Source: Paracoccaceae bacterium (GTDB taxonomy: Bacteria; Pseudomonadota; Alphaproteobacteria; Rhodobacterales; Rhodobacteraceae). From it: DNA of 64,000 nt. The stretch is from the NCBI GenBank assembly GCA_902606585.1, contig CACLGX010000002.1, positions 20,241 through 84,240 of the forward strand, written 5' to 3'. A program made the position numbers and the translations under genes. How positions within the stretch are numbered: the first letter of the stretch is position 1; every line of letters starts with the position of its first letter. The notes below the pieces were generated by a model. It was not told the DNA's origin and searched no databases. It worked only from the letters and a program-made list of their open reading frames with translations. Positions 37,921 to 47,646 of the stretch are shown piece by piece.

Positions 37921-40706
37921 GATTGTGCTCGTTCCACTCCAAGTGTAATTGCCTGTCGCAACTTCTGCTCAAGTTTTTTTTGTTTATTCTCACTATAAAA
38001 CTTCAGACCGAACATGTCTTTAACGTAAAAATTGTCAACTACCTGTTCCCCGTATGTCGCTATAATGGCAGACGCTATATATACATTCATGTTGACCAGC
38101 GTTCTTGTTAAATCAAAAAGTAATCCAGGTCTGTCTCTAGTGTCTACCTCTATAATTGTGTATATTTCCGACTCTTCATTGTTGAAAGTTATAGAAGTTG
38201 GGACTTTAAATGCCCTTTCCCGTTTTTTAAATTTATCTCGTTCCTTTATTGCGTCGCGAGTGATAATTTCACCGCTTAATGTTTTTTCAATCATAGCTCT
38301 CAGTCTTGAAAACCGGGACTGGTCATATGGTGCACCTTCCGAATCTTGAATCCAAAACGCAGCAGTCGCAAATCCATCCTTTGATGTGTAAGATCGGGCA
38401 TCAACTACATTTGCCCCAACCAATGCAAGGGCGCCAGAAAGCCGAGAAAAAATGCCAGGGTGGTCCGACAGAGCAAAGCAAATTCTCGTAGCATCCCTGT
38501 CTTTATCGGGTGTCAGGTCTATTTTGACTTCATCCGACCCAAGACTTTTTAGTAATTTCGCAAAAGTAAACTGCGCACCAATCTGGAAACCTTGCCAATA
38601 TGGTGGATAATGCCGCCTAGTTTCCAATTTAATGTCTTTAGGGTCCCAATCGGATAATTTTTCTCTTAATAATTTTTTGACTTCAACCATGCGGTTTTCT
38701 CTGTTTAGAGCTTCGCCACCATTTTCCAGAGTTAGTCTTGTTTCAGAATATAATTGTCGGATAAGGGTTGCTTTCCAATTGTTCCAAATGTTTGGCCCTA
38801 CACTTCGTACGTCGCATACTGTTAAGACAGTTAAAAGATCTAACCTTTTGACGCTCTGAACTGCTTTTGCAAAATTACGAACTGTTCGAGGATCAGATAT
38901 ATCTCTTTTCTGTGCCATATCAGACATCAGTAAATGATATCTAACGAGCCACTCAACTGTTTCTGTTTCTTGTTTTTTTAGGCCTAACCTGGGTGAAACT
39001 TGCCTGGCAATTGTAGCTCCTAATATTGAGTGATCATCGGAACGCCCTTTACCAATATCATGAAGTAATAGCGCTACATATATTACCTTACGGTTCACGC
39101 CATCTTTTAAAATTGAGCTTGCGATTGGTAATTCCTCAACCAATTCACCCTTTTCAATTTGTGCTAATGTTTTTAGGCATTGGATTGTATGCTCATCTAC
39201 AGTGTAGCTGTGGTACATGTTAAACTGCATCATGGCCACGATTGGCTCAAATTCTGGGATAAATTTTGCTAGAAAACCCAATTCATTCATTCGGCGTAAA
39301 GCTCTCTCTGGATTGCCGTGTTTGAGTAGTAATTCTAAAAAAATAGTCTGAGCTTCTGGCGATTGCCTAAACTCTTTATCTACGGACGATAGGTTTGCAG
39401 AAACTAATCTCATAGCATTGGGGTGGATCAATAAACCAGTCCGGAGTGCTTCTGAAAATAATTTTAGTAAATTTATTGGGTTCTCCAAAAATTTTTCTTC
39501 TGACTTTACTGCTAATCTATTGTGAATAACAGCGTACTCATCACCAATTTTGGGTCTTCTTTTAAATATTCGCTCGAGAAGAGGTTCATCCTTTGCGTGA
39601 ACTGCTTCCAGAGAAGTTAGAAAAATTCTTGTCAAATCTCCAACACGGGTTGCATGTCGAAAATAATCTTGCATGAATATCTCAACAGCACGACGGGCTT
39701 GAGAATCTTTATATCCCATTGCTGTTGCTACTTCGACCTGAAGGTCAAAGCTCAATTGTTCAATTGCCCGATCAGATAGGTGATGCATTTGACATCGTAC
39801 GGCCCACAAAAATTCCTCAGCTCTGTCAAATTGTTCATGTTCGTCTGATCTGAATACATTTAGCTCAATTAAATCACTTATATTTTGAGTTTTATAAACG
39901 TACTTTGCGATCCAATAGAGGGACTGCAAATCACGTAGTCCGCCTTTCCCTTCTTTAACGTTAGGTTCGACCATGTATCTTTGGCCATGTTTTTCATGTC
40001 TATTTTCCCTTTCTTTTAATTTAGCTGAAATAAATTCTTTAGCAGTTCCTTCAAATAAATTCTTCCAAAGTTTTTCATTTAATTCAGAGGCTAAACCGGT
40101 GTCCCCACAAACAAATCTATGTTCCAACATAGCTGTTCGAATTGTGTAGTCTTCACTTCCCATTCGCAAACAATCTCGTATAGATCGAGAAGAATGCCCC
40201 ACCTTAAGTTTCAAATCCCAGAGAAGGTATAAAACCGTTTCTATTACACTTTCGGCCCAAGGCGTAATTTTATAGGGTGTTAAAAAAAGCAAATCTACAT
40301 CCGAGTAAGGGGCCATTTCACGTCTTCCATAACCCCCTACGGAAATAATAGATAATCTTTCTGCATCCGTTGGATTATATGTTGGAAATTTTATCTTCGT
40401 TGCAAACTCCCAAGTGGCTTTTACCAGGCAGTCAGTTAGAAAAGCATAACTGGTTACGGCTTTTCTGGCAGTAAGGGGTTTTTTAGTAAGTTCGAGAGAA
40501 ATTTTTTCAAATCCCGACGATTTCAATTCTTTCAACAGACTTACTAATTCAGTTCTTTTAGGTGTATCTGACTTTAAGAACACATTGACTTTAGTAGTAT
40601 CAAAAATTTCCTTTGGTTGACAGATCAAATCCAAGTCGTAGTGGGAAGATTTAGTTTTTTTATTTTTAAATTGATCAAAATCTAAAGAATCGTGGCGCTG
40701 GGTCAA
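37917..40706 (-). CDS. glnD: [Protein-PII] uridylyltransferase
   Basis: GGYGRREMAPYSDVD, EPNVKEGKGGLRD, HDIGKG, two ACT domains (DHPGIF, DRPGLL). Confidence 0.96.
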   Translation of the reverse strand: MTQRHDSLDFDQFKNKKTKSSHYDLDLICQPKEIFDTTKVNVFLKSDTPKRTELVSLLKELKSSGFEKISLELTKKPLTARKAVTSYAFLTDCLVKATWEFATKIKFPTYNPTDAERLSIISVGGYGRREMAPYSDVDLLFLTPYKITPWAESVIETVLYLLWDLKLKVGHSSRSIRDCLRMGSEDYTIRTAMLEHRFVCGDTGLASELNEKLWKNLFEGTAKEFISAKLKERENRHEKHGQRYMVEPNVKEGKGGLRDLQSLYWIAKYVYKTQNISDLIELNVFRSDEHEQFDRAEEFLWAVRCQMHHLSDRAIEQLSFDLQVEVATAMGYKDSQARRAVEIFMQDYFRHATRVGDLTRIFLTSLEAVHAKDEPLLERIFKRRPKIGDEYAVIHNRLAVKSEEKFLENPINLLKLFSEALRTGLLIHPNAMRLVSANLSSVDKEFRQSPEAQTIFLELLLKHGNPERALRRMNELGFLAKFIPEFEPIVAMMQFNMYHSYTVDEHTIQCLKTLAQIEKGELVEELPIASSILKDGVNRKVIYVALLLHDIGKGRSDDHSILGATIARQVSPRLGLKKQETETVEWLVRYHLLMSDMAQKRDISDPRTVRNFAKAVQSVKRLDLLTVLTVCDVRSVGPNIWNNWKATLIRQLYSETRLTLENGGEALNRENRMVEVKKLLREKLSDWDPKDIKLETRRHYPPYWQGFQIGAQFTFAKLLKSLGSDEVKIDLTPDKDRDATRICFALSDHPGIFSRLSGALALVGANVVDARSYTSKDGFATAAFWIQDSEGAPYDQSRFSRLRAMIEKTLSGEIITRDAIKERDKFKKRERAFKVPTSITFNNEESEIYTIIEVDTRDRPGLLFDLTRTLVNMNVYIASAIIATYGEQVVDNFYVKDMFGLKFYSENKQKKLEQKLRQAITLGVERAQS

Positions 40707-41838
40707 TGATGTATACCTGCTTGTTTCTTACTTCTGCTATGGCTAAGCCTCGCTCATTTGTTCGATCTTTCAAAAACCGAAAAATTCCGTCGACACCTTC
40801 AAATCCTGCAGACTGCGTTAAGCCCTTCGAGGCTAAGGCATGAGGTTTGCCAGTTTGAACTAATGCTCCAATAGCTGCTATTCCGTCAAAGGCTAAACCG
40901 GCTAACTGATGAGGTTTTTTTCGATACAAAGCTTCATAGCGTTTTGTAAAATTTTTCCGCACAACTTGATCTGGTGTCGTGAACCAACCACCTTGAAGGC
41001 CTTTCAATCGAAGTGTTTGTTGGGGTATATCCCAACGAGAAATTCCAGCGAATTGGACTTCTTCTGTATTAATGCCGGATTCTGGTAGCATCTGTCCTAG
41101 TAGAGGTAAAGCTCCTGCCGAGTTAGATGTCAGGAGAAGTAAGTCTGCCTCTTCAACTTCCACAGCGGCGCGCGCTAACGGAACGGCGTTAACTATTCCT
41201 TTTTGCGTAAATTCAAAAGGTTGACTATTTACTACTTCGATACTTGAATTTTGTGCAGATTTTTCAAGTGCCGCTCTTCCAAATTTACCTTCAATATTGT
41301 TAGGGTATAAAATAATGGCTCGCGATTTTCCTTTTTTGCCAGCATATGACAAAAGTCTGTTGGATGTATTTTGGAATGTTTTACCCAAAATAAAAACATT
41401 TCCACCAGCAATAGAAGTATTATTCGAAAAACTTAAAACGTTTATTCCTTCATCCGCAACGGCCATCCCAGCGGCATTTGCAGCTTCACCAAATAAGGGT
41501 CCAAGGATAATTTTAGCGCCATCATCAACCGCTTTTTGTGCTTGAATGGCCGCTTCGGCAGGGTTACCTGCCGTGTCATAAATCCGCAGATGAATTTGTA
41601 CATTTTTTAAATCTCCAACTGCCATAAGCGTTGCGTTTTCCAAACTCGTCGACAGTGTCTGCGTTTTCGGATGTGATTTGGGTAAAAGCAAAGCAACTTG
41701 AACAGGTTTTTTAAAATCAATACTTGGTCCGATAGACGTTTCACGTTGCTGAGGCGCACATGACGAAATAAAAATCGTTAGAGTCATAAAACTGATAAGT
41801 TTTAATTGCTTGCTTAATGACAATATTCTATCCAACAT
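40675..41838 (-). CDS. Penicillin-binding protein activator (LpoA-like lipoprotein)
   Basis: Lipobox ISSC, VALLLP, IILGPLF, GFEGVDGIFRF; divergent from rsmI. Confidence 0.82.
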   Translation of the reverse strand: MLDRILSLSKQLKLISFMTLTIFISSCAPQQRETSIGPSIDFKKPVQVALLLPKSHPKTQTLSTSLENATLMAVGDLKNVQIHLRIYDTAGNPAEAAIQAQKAVDDGAKIILGPLFGEAANAAGMAVADEGINVLSFSNNTSIAGGNVFILGKTFQNTSNRLLSYAGKKGKSRAIILYPNNIEGKFGRAALEKSAQNSSIEVVNSQPFEFTQKGIVNAVPLARAAVEVEEADLLLLTSNSAGALPLLGQMLPESGINTEEVQFAGISRWDIPQQTLRLKGLQGGWFTTPDQVVRKNFTKRYEALYRKKPHQLAGLAFDGIAAIGALVQTGKPHALASKGLTQSAGFEGVDGIFRFLKDRTNERGLAIAEVRNKQVYIIDPAPRFFRF

Positions 41839-41894
41839 GGCGTTAAATCCTCAAAATTCTGAGTTAATTAAAATTTTCGACTAAAAAGTGTCTA

Positions 41895-42761
41895 ATGTCC
41901 AATTACAAATCAATCAAGTTATCGCCGGGTTTATATTTTGTTTCAACACCTATTGGTTCGGCCCGTGATATAACATTAAGAGCACTTGATATTCTAGCCA
42001 ACGCTGATGTTTTAGCCGCTGAAGACACCCGAACTTTAAAAAAATTGCTAGAAATTCATGGTATCAAATTAAAAAATCGAAGTTTAATTTCATATCACGA
42101 CTATAATGGCAGCAAAAGGCGCCCAAAGTTGCTCGCTTACTTGGAAAATGGTAAATCAGTTGCCTATGCATCCGAGGCAGGGACACCTTTGATAGCCGAC
42201 CCTGGTTTTTCACTGTTGAATGAAGTTTTGAGTTTGGGAAATAATGTAACAAGTGCTCCAGGGCCTTGCGCACTAATAGCGGCTTTGACAGTTGCTGGAC
42301 TTCCAACAGATAGATTTTATTTTGAAGGTTTCTTACCGAGCAATAAAAGCCAGCGGGAATTGAAATTCCGGGAATTAAAGTCTTATCCTGGGACGCTTAT
42401 TTTTTATGAATCTGCTAAAAGGTTGAATGATACTCTGGAAAAAGCAACAGAAGTTTTTGGTGGGAACAGGCAAGGGGTTATTTGTCGTGAATTAACTAAG
42501 AAGTTTGAGGATATTCAGCGTAGCAGCTTAAAAAAACTTTCAGAATTTTATTGTGATAAAAAGATAAAAGGTGAAGTTGTTATACTTGTAGCCGGTGCTG
42601 GTAATCCTGATATCCATCAGAGTGAAATCGAGCAACATGTAAAAGATGCTCTAAAGTTTATGTCTGTAAAGGACTCTGCAGAGGCGGTGGCACTAGCATT
42701 TAATTTACCCCGGCGAGATATTTATCAGTTAGCGCTTCAAATAAAAAGTGGTGGTGACTAA
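41895..42761 (+). CDS. rsmI: 16S rRNA C1402 2'-O-methyltransferase
   Basis: STPIG, AAEDTR, SEAGTPLIADPG, FYES, RELTKKFE. Confidence 0.95.
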   Translation: MSNYKSIKLSPGLYFVSTPIGSARDITLRALDILANADVLAAEDTRTLKKLLEIHGIKLKNRSLISYHDYNGSKRRPKLLAYLENGKSVAYASEAGTPLIADPGFSLLNEVLSLGNNVTSAPGPCALIAALTVAGLPTDRFYFEGFLPSNKSQRELKFRELKSYPGTLIFYESAKRLNDTLEKATEVFGGNRQGVICRELTKKFEDIQRSSLKKLSEFYCDKKIKGEVVILVAGAGNPDIHQSEIEQHVKDALKFMSVKDSAEAVALAFNLPRRDIYQLALQIKSGGD

Positions 42762-42834
42762 ATTGTTTACCTTTGAAATTGATGATATTAATCGATCAGA
42801 CTTTTAAATATTCAGTATGTAACGAGATTGGTCT

Positions 42835-43773
42835 ATGAAAATTGCATTTCAAATGGATCCTATTGAAAATGTAGACATCTATGCAGATAGTACTTTTCGA
42901 CTCGCGGAAGAAGCTCAAAATAGGGGTCATGATTTATACGTTTATACCCCTGACGATTTGACATTCAACAGAGGCAAAATCGCAGCAAAGGCCCGTTCAA
43001 TAAGTTTGAAAAGAAAAATTGGTGATCATGTAAATTTTGGTGCAGTAGAACTATTAGATCTTAGCGAATTTGGTATTATTTGGTTAAGGCAAGATCCACC
43101 GTTTGATATGGGTTATATAACGAATACGCACTTACTCGATTTGGTTTCTAAAAAAACTTTGATTGTGAACAATCCGTTCTGGGTTAGAAATTTACCCGAA
43201 AAGTTGCTGGTTCTGGAGTTCCCCGATTTGATACCAGACACGGTAATTTCTCGTGATCTAGACGAGATCAAAGAATTCAAACGCGAATTTAAGGACATAA
43301 TTGTCAAACCACTTTATGGCAATGGAGGAGCCGGTATTTTTCGGCTAAAAGAAGATGATAAAAACTTGACATCTTTGCATGAACTTTTTTCTAATATCTC
43401 TTCAGAGCCTTTGATCGCTCAAGCATTTTTACCTGATGTTAAAAATGGTGATAAGCGTATTATATTAGTTGATGGTAAGCCTGTGGGTGCAATCAATCGG
43501 GTACCAAAAGCTGGTGAGATCAGGTCAAATATGCACGTTGGGGGAAAAGCTCAACCAGCAACATTAAGTCAAAGAGATAGGGAAATATGTAGTACAATAG
43601 GGCCCACGTTGAAAAGTAAGGGTCAAGTTTTTGTTGGTATTGATGTAATAGGTGATTACTTGACTGAAATAAATGTAACTTCGCCGACTGGGATACAAGA
43701 ATTAGAGCGATTCGATAATGTAAACATAGCAGAAATGATTTGGCTCGCAGTAGAAGAAAAGCTGAATAATTGA
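42835..43773 (+). CDS. gshB: Glutathione synthetase
   Basis: FQMDP, RQDPPFD, KPLYGNGG, GDKRI, RSNMHVGG, EINVTSPTG. Confidence 0.96.
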   Translation: MKIAFQMDPIENVDIYADSTFRLAEEAQNRGHDLYVYTPDDLTFNRGKIAAKARSISLKRKIGDHVNFGAVELLDLSEFGIIWLRQDPPFDMGYITNTHLLDLVSKKTLIVNNPFWVRNLPEKLLVLEFPDLIPDTVISRDLDEIKEFKREFKDIIVKPLYGNGGAGIFRLKEDDKNLTSLHELFSNISSEPLIAQAFLPDVKNGDKRIILVDGKPVGAINRVPKAGEIRSNMHVGGKAQPATLSQRDREICSTIGPTLKSKGQVFVGIDVIGDYLTEINVTSPTGIQELERFDNVNIAEMIWLAVEEKLNN

Positions 43774-43892
43774 GTTTCCCAAAATAAATTGGCCCGTAAA
43801 AAATATACCGCAGTGTTTTTTGTCATGCTGGCTTAAATAAAATTTTGTAAGTATTAGATCATTTCGTTTCTTTTTGCTGAAATTTTCAAAAG

Positions 43893-43920
43893 TGATCCAA
43901 CAGAACCCTTCCTCCGTAAT
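43893..43920 (+). promoter_or_regulatory. RpoE(ChrR)-type promoter of rpoH2
   Basis: TGATCC-N16-CGTAAT, matching the Rhodobacter sigmaE consensus. Confidence 0.7.
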
Positions 43921-43972
43921 ATTAATAAATCAAAGTTTTTACTTCTCAAAAGAATGTTTAGGGGTGATTGAA

Positions 43973-44848
43973 ATGGCTTTAGACAACAATACGAATATGT
44001 CACTTACTAGAAAGGCAGTTAAAGCAGAGTTACTTGACGCTGAGACTGAATTACAGCTTGCTTACGCTTGGAGAGACTCGAGAGACGAGGCGGCCTTACA
44101 TCGGTTGATCACAGCTTACATGCGGCTGGCAATATCAATGGCTGCAAAGTTTAAGCGGTACGGTGCTCCCATGAACGACTTGGTTCAAGAAGCTGGGTTA
44201 GGGTTAATGAAGGCTGCGGACAAATTCGATCCTGACAGAGGTGTGCGTTTCTCTACTTATGCCGTTTGGTGGATAAAAGCCAGTGTACAAGACTATGTTA
44301 TGCGAAATTGGTCCATGGTGCGAACTGGATCAACGAGCAGTCAAAAATCGTTGTTCTTTAACATGCGCAGGGTGCAAGCTCAGCTTGAGAGAGAGGCCCA
44401 GCAATCTGGAGAAAACTTGGACAAACATCAATTGAACCAGCTGATAGCAACAGAAGTTGGGGTCCCTCTAAATGATGTTGAAATGATGGATGGTCGCTTG
44501 TCTGGTTCTGATTTTTCGTTGAATGCGACACAAGCAACCGATGAAGAAGGTCGTGAGTGGATTGACACACTAGAAGATGAAAATGGTAGGGCTGATCTTA
44601 ATGTGGAAGAAGAGTACGACCAGCAAAGGCTTGCCGATTGGTTGGGCGTTGCCATGGAATCTCTAAACGAGAGAGAACAATTTATCGTGCGCGAGAGGAA
44701 ATTAATTGAAAGCCCGCGGACGTTAGAGAGTTTAGGTGCTGAGCTAGGCCTATCTAAAGAGCGTGTTAGGCAGTTAGAAGCTGCAGCATTTGGAAAAATG
44801 CGTAAATTCTTAGAAAAAAACTCAGGAGAAGTTAGAAATTTCCTTTAA
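43973..44848 (+). CDS. rpoH2: RNA polymerase sigma-32 family factor RpoH2 (RpoHII)
   Basis: RFSTYAVWWIKA, NWSMVRTGSTSSQKSLFFNMR RpoH box, SKERVRQLE. Confidence 0.88.
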   Translation: MALDNNTNMSLTRKAVKAELLDAETELQLAYAWRDSRDEAALHRLITAYMRLAISMAAKFKRYGAPMNDLVQEAGLGLMKAADKFDPDRGVRFSTYAVWWIKASVQDYVMRNWSMVRTGSTSSQKSLFFNMRRVQAQLEREAQQSGENLDKHQLNQLIATEVGVPLNDVEMMDGRLSGSDFSLNATQATDEEGREWIDTLEDENGRADLNVEEEYDQQRLADWLGVAMESLNEREQFIVRERKLIESPRTLESLGAELGLSKERVRQLEAAAFGKMRKFLEKNSGEVRNFL

Positions 44849-44938
44849 TTGAATTTTGTCTTTACTAATTAAATCTACGGGTTGCATGTCAGTGTCGTAA
44901 CGCACTAAGCTTCTAGTGCCATTAAAATGAGATTGTCT

Positions 44939-46144
44939 ATGCTTGCTGGAAAAAAAGTTCTTGTTATTATAACAGGTGGAATTGCAGCTTATAAGTCTTT
45001 GGAATTAGTTAGGAAGCTAAAGGAAAAAGGCGCTAAAGTTATTCCCGTTATGACCAAAGCTGCTGAAAACTTTGTTACTCCAATGTCAGTTTCAGCACTT
45101 TCCCAAGAAAAAGTATATAACGAGTTGTTTGATTTAACTGATGAGGCCGAAATGGGTCACATTGAGTTGTCTCGAAGTTCTGATTTAATTGTTGTTGTGC
45201 CGGCGAGTGCTGACTTTATTGCTAAAACAGCAACTGGCCAAGCAAATGACCTTGCTAGCACTCTTATTCTAGCTACTGACACTAAAGTTTTGATGGCTCC
45301 CGCTATGAATGTTCGCATGTGGGAAAACCCCTTAACTCAAAAAAATATAAAAATCTTATATAAAAACGGTATTAAATTCGTAGGTCCAAATGAAGGTGAG
45401 ATGGCTTGTGGTGAATTTGGTTTTGGAAGATTGGCTGAGGCGGATGAGATTCTGAAAGAAATAGAGGGTAACTTTCGTGACAAAAAGTTAAAAGGCCGTC
45501 ATTTTTTAGTAACTTCAGGCCCAACCATAGAGCCAATAGATCCTGTACGTTTCATTGGCAACAGATCTTCCGGTTTACAGGGAGGGGCAATAGCAAGCGA
45601 ACTTGTTGAAAGTGGAGCTGAGGTAACGTTTATTACGGGACCTGTTCATTTGGACCCGCCGCATGGCTCAAATATAATTAGAGTAGAGACTGCAGACGAA
45701 ATGTACGATGCTGTTCATTCATCTCTTCCTGCTGATGCAGCAGTTTTTACAGCTGCAGTTGCGGACTGGAAAATCAAGAAAACTGCGCAACAGAAGTTGA
45801 AAAAGCAAACAGGTAATTTACCGGCTTTTGATTTGACGAAAAACAAAGATATTTTAGCTTCGGTCTCAAAATTGAAAAAAAATAGGCCTAAAATTGTTAT
45901 GGGTTTTGCGGCTGAAACTGAAAATATACTCGAGAATGCAAAATCCAAACTTATGAAGAAAGGTTGTGATTTTATTGTTGCAAACGATGTTTCTTTGGGT
46001 TCTAAAACTATGGGCGGCAATGAAAATATTGCTATTATTGTTTCCGAAAATCATGTTGAAACATTGCCTAAAATGTCAAAAAGAGCACTCGCCAAAATTT
46101 TGGTTGAAAAAATAAGCCAGTCTTTTGAGGAAGTGGATGTCTGA
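44939..46144 (+). CDS. coaBC: Phosphopantothenoylcysteine decarboxylase/ligase
   Basis: GGIAAYK, HIELSR, APAMN, MACGEFG, IDPVRFIGNRSSG, GFAAET. Confidence 0.96.
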   Translation: MLAGKKVLVIITGGIAAYKSLELVRKLKEKGAKVIPVMTKAAENFVTPMSVSALSQEKVYNELFDLTDEAEMGHIELSRSSDLIVVVPASADFIAKTATGQANDLASTLILATDTKVLMAPAMNVRMWENPLTQKNIKILYKNGIKFVGPNEGEMACGEFGFGRLAEADEILKEIEGNFRDKKLKGRHFLVTSGPTIEPIDPVRFIGNRSSGLQGGAIASELVESGAEVTFITGPVHLDPPHGSNIIRVETADEMYDAVHSSLPADAAVFTAAVADWKIKKTAQQKLKKQTGNLPAFDLTKNKDILASVSKLKKNRPKIVMGFAAETENILENAKSKLMKKGCDFIVANDVSLGSKTMGGNENIAIIVSENHVETLPKMSKRALAKILVEKISQSFEEVDV

Positions 46145-46601
46145 AGTTGCCGTTAGTTGGACAAAAGAGGCTGATCAAGATTTAGGCCTCCCAAAATTTG
46201 AAACTGACGGAGCAGCTGGCGCAGACTTGCGAGCCAATTTTAATTCAGAATTTCGTTCAAGTGGTTTAACTTTAGCTCCATTACAGCGAGAGTTGATCCC
46301 TACTGGTTTATGTTTTGAAATACCAGACGGTGTAGAAGGCCAATTGAGACCCCGCTCGGGCCTAGCTTTAAAGCATGGTCTGACTTTATTAAACTCACCT
46401 GGTACGATTGATAGTGATTATAGAGGTTCAATTGGCTTGATTATGATAAATATGGGCGAGTTTAAGTTTAAAATTACTCACGGCATGAGGATCGCACAAA
46501 TAGTTTTCGCTGCAACTTTGAAAGTTCAGTTTAAAGTTTCAAAAAATTTGAGTCAGACAATTAGGAGTAATAGTGGCTTCGGGTCAACGGGAACGAAATG
46601 A
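46137..46601 (+). CDS. dut: dUTP diphosphatase
   Basis: AAGADL, RPRSGLA, GTIDSDYRG, RIAQ, GFGSTG. Confidence 0.95.
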   Translation: MSEVAVSWTKEADQDLGLPKFETDGAAGADLRANFNSEFRSSGLTLAPLQRELIPTGLCFEIPDGVEGQLRPRSGLALKHGLTLLNSPGTIDSDYRGSIGLIMINMGEFKFKITHGMRIAQIVFAATLKVQFKVSKNLSQTIRSNSGFGSTGTK

Positions 46602-47636
46602 TATTAGCTATTCTTTCTTTTTTGGTCTTTGCTTGGTTTATTGCTGGATATTTGGGAGTGAGCCAAAATTTACGAGGGGCCTCTGTTTTTATTACATTAA
46701 CTTCTATCCTTGGAGCTCTTTTCCTAATTCCTGAAACAAATTCCTTTTCGATCATAATGGGCGGTTGGGCTCCTTGGGCAACGATCTCTCTTATTTTCTG
46801 TATAACTTTTCTTTTCCGTTCATTTATCAATAGTCTTCGAAATAAATCGAACGATGGTTACCTCGATGAGGTTAAAGAAGCAGACGAGTTTTCAAATCAT
46901 GAACTAGAGCGTTATTCTAGGCATATTTTATTGAAAGAACTTGGCGGGCTTGGACAGCGACGCATTAAAGATTCCAGTGTTTTAATTATTGGAGCAGGAG
47001 GTTTAGGTGCTCCGGTTATTCAATATCTAGCTGCATCGGGTGTTGGAACAATTGGGATTATTGATCATGACAAAGTCAGCTTATCAAATTTGCAAAGACA
47101 GGTTATTTACCCAACAAAACAAGTAGGAAAACAAAAGGTTTTCTCGGCAGTGGATGCTATTTATCAGTTGAATAGTAATGTGAATGTGCAGCCTTATAAT
47201 AGACGACTCAATTCTGAAATAGCCGAAGAAATTTTTTCTGAGTATGATGTTATAGTAGATGGAACTGATAATTTTGAGACACGGTATGTATCGAATTCTG
47301 CCGCTGTTATTACAAAAAAACATTTAGTTTCAGGGGCTTTGAGTCAATGGGAGGGCCAAGTTTCAGTATTTGCTCCGCACAAAGGGGCGCCTTGTTACGC
47401 TTGCGTATTTCCAAGCCCCCCCCAAAGATGGCTTGGCATTAACGTGTTCTGAGGGTGGTGTCTTTTCCCCTCTACCAGGCGTTATTGGCTCGGTTATGGC
47501 CATTGAGACTTTGAAAATTTTAAGTCATTCAGGTAACACATTATTGGGACAAATGTTTATTTATGATGCTTTGATGGGAGAAAGTCGTAAGATAAAAGTT
47601 AACCCAAGTAAAAAATGCCCAATTTGCTCTATTTGA
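46598..47636 (+). CDS. moeB: MoeB/ThiF adenylyltransferase with N-terminal membrane domain, split by one extra base in a C8 tract (47416-47423)
   Basis: ORF1 has RYSRH, GAGGLG, SNLQRQ, DGTDNF, CYAC; the +1 frame continues PPKDGLALTCSEGGV..CPIC. Confidence 0.85.
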
Positions 47637-47646
47637 AGATATTAAG

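Noticed and set aside
43774-43850. Possible 5' remnant of a divergent gene (cobU-like) upstream of rpoH2
   Set aside because: Translations give only a vague G..GK resemblance; not supportable by eye
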